Part shown: piece after piece, positions 36,743 to 41,522 of the stretch | Position numbering within the stretch: position 1 is the first letter of the stretch | Layout of the letters: each line of letters begins with the position of its first letter | NCBI GenBank assembly: GCA_039932395.1 | Contig: JBDTQB010000002.1 | Span: 1-41,522, forward strand | Origin: Vicinamibacteria bacterium | GTDB taxonomy: Bacteria > Acidobacteriota > Vicinamibacteria > Fen-336 > JAGNNV01 | DNA length: 41,522 nucleotides | Reading direction: 5' to 3' | Made by a program: the position numbers and the translations under genes | The notes under the pieces: generated by a model | Databases searched by the model: none | What the model was told of the DNA's origin: nothing | The model's input: only the letters and a program-made list of their open reading frames with translations

Positions 36743-37642
36743 CTATTTGATTCCGGCCGCGCGCTCCAGCGTTTTTGCGACACCGATGATGTCGTCCTGG
36801 CCGTGACCCTGGTCTCTTGCTGCTTGGCACACATCGCGTATCGCGACGAGGCCCGGCATGGGGGCGCCCAACGTCTTCGCCTCCTGGAGCATCAGGTTCT
36901 GGTCTTTGACGAGAAGATCGATCGAAAAATGCTGGTCGAAGTCGCGCTTGATAAGCGCGCCGCCTTTAAAGGTGTAGTACGGCGAAGCGAAGCCCGAGGC
37001 CATCACCACTTCGAGAACAGTCTCGAGCGGGATGTCGGCCTTCTTCGCGAGGACGGAAGTCTCCGCGAGGGCTTCGAGCATGAATGAGATGTAGGTGTTG
37101 CCAAGGAGCTTGACGAACGAAGCTGCTCCCATTTCACCGCAGTAGATGGCCTTGGAGCCGATCACCTGCAGCAGCGGCAGAAGTTCGTCGTGAATCGCGC
37201 GCGCGCCGCCGGTCATCATGAGCAGCGTGCCGTTTTGAGCGCCATTCTTGGACCCGGTCACCGGCGCTTCAAGCATCGCGGCGCCGCGCGCCTGCATCGC
37301 GGCGTCGATCTTCTTGGCAAGCGCTGGGTCGATCGTCGAGGTCTCGACGTAGCGGAAGCCCGGACGCACACCGTGAATCAGACCGTCATCCGCAAAGATG
37401 AGTCGCTCCACTGCCGCCGGGTCACTGACGCAGGCGAACACAACGTCGCTCGCAATCGCGAGATTCTTGGGGTTGACCGCGACATGCGCACCCTGGGCAC
37501 GGAGCGGCGCGCACTTCTCCTCGGTGCGATTCCACACCGTGAGGACGTGGCCCTTGGCGAGGAAATGGGGAGCCATGCGCTGGCCCATCAGGCCTATGCC
37601 GGCGAATCCGATACGGGGTTTCGAGTTGTCGAGGGTAGTCAC
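36743..37642 (-). CDS. NAD(P)-dependent beta-hydroxyacid dehydrogenase (3-hydroxyisobutyrate dehydrogenase family)
   Basis: …RIGFAGIGLMGQRMAPHFLAKGH…VWNRT… is the Rossmann segment. …VETSTIDP…LEAPVTGS… and …GAASFVKLLGN… are also present. The start is GTG. Confidence 0.85.
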   Translation of the reverse strand: MTTLDNSKPRIGFAGIGLMGQRMAPHFLAKGHVLTVWNRTEEKCAPLRAQGAHVAVNPKNLAIASDVVFACVSDPAAVERLIFADDGLIHGVRPGFRYVETSTIDPALAKKIDAAMQARGAAMLEAPVTGSKNGAQNGTLLMMTGGARAIHDELLPLLQVIGSKAIYCGEMGAASFVKLLGNTYISFMLEALAETSVLAKKADIPLETVLEVVMASGFASPYYTFKGGALIKRDFDQHFSIDLLVKDQNLMLQEAKTLGAPMPGLVAIRDVCQAARDQGHGQDDIIGVAKTLERAAGIK

Positions 37643-37701
37643 GGTGGAAGGAGGTTACCTGACCTGAGCGAGGCTGTGGAGTGTCAGCAAAGCCATGACT
37701 T

Positions 37702-38421
37702 TCATCGACTTTCGGCGCGCTCGCGGACGATGTCGAGAAGGCGTTCCATCACTTCGGATCGTGTGAGTTCCGTGGAGTCGACCCGGATCGCATCAATGGA
37801 CTGCACCAGTGGCGAGTCGTGCCGGTTCATATCCTGATGATCGCGCGCGCGGATCTCTTCGAGAATCGCGTCGTAGGAGCCTTCCTGGCCCTTCGCCTGC
37901 TGTTCGTCGAAGCGGCGTTGCGCGCGGTTCTCGGCGGCAGCGTCGAGATAGAACTTCACGTCGGCGTTCGGGAAGACCACAGTCCCGATATCGCGGCCGT
38001 CGAGGACAACGCCGCCTTCGCGTCCGAGCTCCTGCTGACGCCGGACCAGTTCGCGACGCACCGGACCCATCTTCGCAACCGCCGACGCGGCCATGGTGAC
38101 TTCGCGGGTGCGGATGAGGTCTGAAATGTCGCGTCCATCGAGAAGCACGCGACTGCCCGTCGGATCGAAAGAGATCGCGGCAGCCGAAGCGGCTTTTGCG
38201 AGGGCCGCTTCGTCGTCGAGCGAGATATTCTGCTCGATGGCGCGCAGAGCCATCGCGCGGTACATGGCGCCGGTATCGAGGTACGTGTAGCCCAGCGCAT
38301 CGGCCAGGGCCCGACCGACGGTTGACTTCCCCGCCCCCGACGGCCCGTCGATCGCGACCACCAGGCCGCGCTTACCGCCGGTGGCGCTCACCGCGATATC
38401 CCCGATACGAGTTGGAAGCAA
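37702..38421 (-). CDS. cmk: cytidylate kinase
   Basis: …VVAIDGPSGAGKSTVGRALADALGYTYLDTGAMYRA…DGRDIGTVVFP…. The start is TTG 38421, or GTG 38391 as an alternative. Confidence 0.9.
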   Translation of the reverse strand: MLPTRIGDIAVSATGGKRGLVVAIDGPSGAGKSTVGRALADALGYTYLDTGAMYRAMALRAIEQNISLDDEAALAKAASAAAISFDPTGSRVLLDGRDISDLIRTREVTMAASAVAKMGPVRRELVRRQQELGREGGVVLDGRDIGTVVFPNADVKFYLDAAAENRAQRRFDEQQAKGQEGSYDAILEEIRARDHQDMNRHDSPLVQSIDAIRVDSTELTRSEVMERLLDIVRERAESR

Positions 38422-38481
38422 CTAAGCCGCGTCATTGCGAAGGACCCTTCGTTCTCCGGGGACTGAAGCAATCTGCTCAAT

Positions 38482-39534
38482 TCAGTGGGGACGACGGCGG
38501 CGCGTCGCGGACTCGGGACGACGGGAAGCAGGCGCAGCTGGAGCCGGGCGACGCTCAGCGCCGGCAGTCCGGCGAGACGAAGTTCGCTTCTCGTCGGACC
38601 GGCCCGTTGCGTAGCGACCAGAGGATGCGGGACGCTCCTCGGAGGTGCGGGCGGGCGCGGGGCGGCTGAAAGGCCCAGGCCGGTCGGCGAAAGGCCGAGA
38701 AGGAGCCGGCCGTGCCGGTGCCATGGGCTTTGTGCCTTCCAGCTCGGTCGCATCCTTGCGAGGACCCGTGCGGGGACGGAAAGGCGCGGGCGTCGGCTGC
38801 GCGAACTTATCGGAGCGCATGTTGCCGCGTCCCTTGAGGAACGAGGAAACCTCGCGCGGAGTGAGGCTACGGAACTCACCCACGTCGAGGCCATGCGAAG
38901 TGAGAAGCCCAAGGCCAACGCGCTTCAGCTTCTCAACCGGATGACCGAGCGCCTGCAGCAAGCGTCGCACTTCATGATGCTTGCCTTCATGCAACCGCAC
39001 CTCGACCCAGGAGTTCTCGGCCTGCTCGATGACGCGCGCGCCATCGACCGACAGCCGCTCGCCATCAAGAACCAATCCGCGTTTCGCGCGGGCTAAGGTC
39101 TCGGGAGTCGGCGTGCCTTTGACCTTCGCTTGATACCGGCGCTCCACTTCGTAACGCGGATGCGCCACGCGCTCGGCAAAAGCACCATCGTTGGTGAGAA
39201 GAATCAGGCCTTCGGTCGCGTAGTCGAGACGGCCCACGGGATAGAGCCCGGGAAACTGAGGCACCAGGTCCATCACGGTTTTCCGGTGCTCGGGATCGTA
39301 GCGGGTCGAGACGACGCCCTTCGGCTTGTTGAGAAGGAGATACACATTCTCTGACGTGGGCTTCACCTTGCGATCGTCGAGACGGATGTCATCGACGGCG
39401 GAATCGGCCTTGGCGCCAAGTTCCTGAACGGTTTTGCCGTTCACGCTCACCCGGCCCTGAAGGATCAGTTCTTCGGAGGCCCGGCGGGACGCGACACCGG
39501 CGCGGGAAAGAATCTTCTGTAGACGTTCGACCAT
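38482..39534 (-). CDS. rluB: 23S rRNA pseudouridine synthase RluB (RsuA family) with Arg/Pro-rich C-terminal tail
   Basis: ATG 39534 lies 4 nt after the scpB stop. MVERLQKILSRAGVASRRASEELILQGRVSVNG is the S4 domain. …LLNKPKGVVST…YPVGRLDYATEGLILLTNDG… contains the catalytic Asp. A ~110-aa basic tail (…RPAPARTSEERPASSGR…RRPESATRRRRPH) follows. The 101-codon extension to 39837 overlaps scpB. Confidence 0.9.
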   Translation of the reverse strand: MVERLQKILSRAGVASRRASEELILQGRVSVNGKTVQELGAKADSAVDDIRLDDRKVKPTSENVYLLLNKPKGVVSTRYDPEHRKTVMDLVPQFPGLYPVGRLDYATEGLILLTNDGAFAERVAHPRYEVERRYQAKVKGTPTPETLARAKRGLVLDGERLSVDGARVIEQAENSWVEVRLHEGKHHEVRRLLQALGHPVEKLKRVGLGLLTSHGLDVGEFRSLTPREVSSFLKGRGNMRSDKFAQPTPAPFRPRTGPRKDATELEGTKPMAPARPAPSRPFADRPGPFSRPAPARTSEERPASSGRYATGRSDEKRTSSRRTAGAERRPAPAAPASRRPESATRRRRPH

Positions 39535-39538
39535 ACGG

Positions 39539-40564
39539 TTATGAGTCTGACCTATCTGGGTTGGAAGCGTCGGGGGCGTCCTCGGATTCCGCGCTCGAGG
39601 GACCCGGTTCGCTCGATGCGTCTTCGCCATCGGGCGCGTCGGCCCCCTCGGCGTCGGACGAAGAAGAGTCTTCCGTCGCCGCTGAATCGGATTCGGGTTC
39701 CGGCTCCGCCGCCTCCTTTGCCGCGGCAGCGGCACGTGCCGCCGCTTCGGTGATGTCGGCGGCATCGACGGTCGAATCAAACGAAAGATCGCGTTGCGCC
39801 GGATCGGGCGGATCCGAATCGAAGAACGGAACTTCAAGCGGCAGCGGCGTGTCGAGCGCGCGCTTCAGGCCGAGCACGTCGACGTCTTCGCCCAGGATCT
39901 CGGCGAAGTCCTCGATCTTTGGCAGATCGTCGAGATCCTTCAAGCCGAACTGAAGGAGAAACTCTTTGGTGGTGCCATAGAGCAGAGGACGGCCGACCAC
40001 TTCCTTGCGTCCGACGATCTTGATGAGGCGCCGCTCGAGCAGTGTCTTGACGACACCGCCTGACTTGATGCCGCGCAGCTCGATGATTTCAGGGAGGGTC
40101 GCAGGCTGTTTGTAGGCAATCACGGCAAGGGTTTCGAGAGCCTGAGTGGAAAGACGCGCGGGCGATTTCGGATCGATCAGCTCACGCACCCATTCGTTGT
40201 GCTCTGGACGCGAAGTGATCTGGTAGCCACCCGCCACTTCGATGAACTGCAGTCCGCGATTGTCGGCCGAGTACATCACCTTCAAGCCTTCGATCTGTGC
40301 TTCGACCACGGCCTTGTCGATGCCCTTGAAGACCCTCGTGAGGTCCTTCATGGTCACCGGTTCCTTGGAGACGAACACCAGCGCTTCGAGAATCGCGAGA
40401 ATCTCTTCGGGCTTGGTTTGCAGTTCGTCGGGGATCGCTTCGGCGTCGGTCTCTTCAACCGAACCGGGCGCAGCTTCGCCGTTTTCGGCAGCGGTGGCGG
40501 CAATGACGGCCACGACTTCGTTCGCTGACTCGGCCTCTTGCGCCTTGATTTCGTCTTCGGACAT
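39539..40564 (-). CDS. scpB: segregation and condensation protein B with acidic N- and C-terminal extensions
   Basis: The core is …ILEALVFVSKEPVTMKDL…IEVAGGYQITSRPE…LSTQALETLAVIAYKQPATLPEIIELRG…LLERRLIKIVGRKEVVGRPLLYGTT.EFL..FGL. About 55 acidic aa are added at the N-terminus. A ~110-aa Asp/Glu/Ser/Ala tail is added at the C-terminus. Confidence 0.9.
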   Translation of the reverse strand: MSEDEIKAQEAESANEVVAVIAATAAENGEAAPGSVEETDAEAIPDELQTKPEEILAILEALVFVSKEPVTMKDLTRVFKGIDKAVVEAQIEGLKVMYSADNRGLQFIEVAGGYQITSRPEHNEWVRELIDPKSPARLSTQALETLAVIAYKQPATLPEIIELRGIKSGGVVKTLLERRLIKIVGRKEVVGRPLLYGTTKEFLLQFGLKDLDDLPKIEDFAEILGEDVDVLGLKRALDTPLPLEVPFFDSDPPDPAQRDLSFDSTVDAADITEAAARAAAAAKEAAEPEPESDSAATEDSSSSDAEGADAPDGEDASSEPGPSSAESEDAPDASNPDRSDS

Positions 40565-40588
40565 GGTGCTTTTGATCTTCTGCTTCGG

Positions 40589-41464
40589 CTAGGAAACGAC
40601 GGTGGTGAACGTGGGCGCGTCCTCGGCGGGGCCGATGGGACGGAAAAGGCGGATGCCTTCGAATTGGGAGCGCTGATAAACCTTGACCCGCTTAAGGCGG
40701 ACGAGCTCGAGCAGAGCGATGAACATCAGGATCATCTCGGCCTTCGTATTCAAGCTCTCGAAGACGGTCATGAACTCGAGCGACTCGCCGATCTTGATCA
40801 TGGCGAGCAACTCGAGAATGGCCTGGTCGACCGACTTGCCGCCGTCGTCGATTTCATGCTGAACCAGCAGCTTGCGGCGATCGAGCAGTTCCTTGAAGGC
40901 GGAAACGAGGTCAAAGAGACCGGCTTCGAGCATGTCTTCCCCGGCGTCGTCCTTGAACTTCGGAACGACTTCGTCGGGACGAATCCAGGTGGCGGTGCGG
41001 ATCTCGTACTGCTGACGCAGCACGCCGGCCGCCTGCTTGTAGCGCTCGAACTCCAGCAAACGCTGGATGAGGGTTTCGCGCGGATCCTCGCCGTCTTCTT
41101 CCGCTTCGCTCGGAGAGACAGGCACGAGCATCTTCGACTTGATGTGGATCAGGGTCGCCGCCATGACCAGGAACTCGCCCGCCATCTCGAGGTTCAACAC
41201 TTCCATCAGGCGGATGTACTCGATGTATTGCCGCGTGATGGGTGCGATGGCGATGCTGCGGATGTCCATCTGGTTCTTGCGGATGATGTGCAGAAGCAGA
41301 TCCAGCGGGCCTTCGAAGTCCTGGATGTCGAACTTCACCTGGATCGTCGGCGCGTCCGCGGGAAACGTGGGTTCCCAGCCGACGGGAGCGGTCAGCTTGT
41401 GAGCGTCGGCCCCTTCGACAACGGACCCGCCAACGGACTCCTCGCTCAGGGACCGGCCTTCCAC
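40589..41464 (-). CDS. scpA: segregation and condensation protein A
   Basis: …FEGPLDLLLHIIRKNQMDIRSIAIAPITRQYIEYI…EMAGEFLVMAATLIHIKSKMLVP… and the C-terminal …MILMFIALLELVRLKRVKVYQ… are present. The track start is GTG 41464, and the exact start is uncertain. Confidence 0.88.
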   Translation of the reverse strand: MEGRSLSEESVGGSVVEGADAHKLTAPVGWEPTFPADAPTIQVKFDIQDFEGPLDLLLHIIRKNQMDIRSIAIAPITRQYIEYIRLMEVLNLEMAGEFLVMAATLIHIKSKMLVPVSPSEAEEDGEDPRETLIQRLLEFERYKQAAGVLRQQYEIRTATWIRPDEVVPKFKDDAGEDMLEAGLFDLVSAFKELLDRRKLLVQHEIDDGGKSVDQAILELLAMIKIGESLEFMTVFESLNTKAEMILMFIALLELVRLKRVKVYQRSQFEGIRLFRPIGPAEDAPTFTTVVS

Positions 41465-41522
41465 CGTCGCGCCATCGGACCCTGAGCCAGAAGAAGGGCC
41501 TGCCCTGAGCGGAGAGTCCGTC

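Noticed and set aside
39535-39837. The N-terminal 101 codons of track ORF 38482..39837(-).
   Set aside because: This is an Arg/Pro-rich alternative-frame read-through of the scpB 3' end. The S4 domain of RluB begins at ATG 39534.
40538-41485. A 315-aa plus-strand ORF. Similar long antisense ORFs occur at 35639..36652+, 24868..25749-, 11999..12997-, 9489..10352-, 7191..8072+ and 3811..4590-.
   Set aside because: All are shadow frames of confidently identified genes (scpA, ispDF, galE, GT2, the FadE-like gene, S8 protease, esterase). Their Arg/Gly/Asp-rich translations carry no motifs.

Overview
This is a 41.5-kb high-GC bacterial chromosomal window, densely coded with about 40 genes. Many neighbouring genes share 4-nt ATGA or GTGA start/stop overlaps. 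I found no rRNA, tRNA, CRISPR array, transposase, integrase or recognisable defence genes. The content is mostly core metabolism and housekeeping. From left to right: (1) a small Cys-rich secreted protein, lipoproteins and a decayed VOC/glyoxalase pseudogene. (2) Scattered amino-acid and lipid catabolism genes: MCCase beta subunit, homogentisate dioxygenase, a large FadE-type acyl-CoA dehydrogenase and a PaaI thioesterase. These are mixed with a secreted esterase and an S8 protease plus beta-barrel pair. (3) nrdR, a DsbD-N-like periplasmic protein and a flippase-like membrane protein. (4) A four-gene envelope module (sigma-region-4-like HTH fused to zf-HC2, a TM protein, a LiaI/LiaF-like mini-protein, and a DUF4097 beta-helix protein), followed by purC. 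(5) A divergent glycan cluster: three translationally coupled GTs on the minus strand, and ugd-galE-GT2(Ppm-like)-gmd on the plus strand. (6) A 588-bp unassigned gap containing a 21/22-nt inverted repeat. (7) A minus-strand run of a GT-C-like/discoidin membrane protein, selB, an alpha/beta hydrolase, rlmB, ispDF, a beta-hydroxyacid dehydrogenase, cmk, rluB, scpB and scpA. The two most unusual items are an RlmB rRNA methyltransferase carrying a ~585-residue acidic plus RG/QN-rich low-complexity tail, and the unexplained 588-bp convergent gap. All functional calls come from motif recognition by eye; no database search was run.
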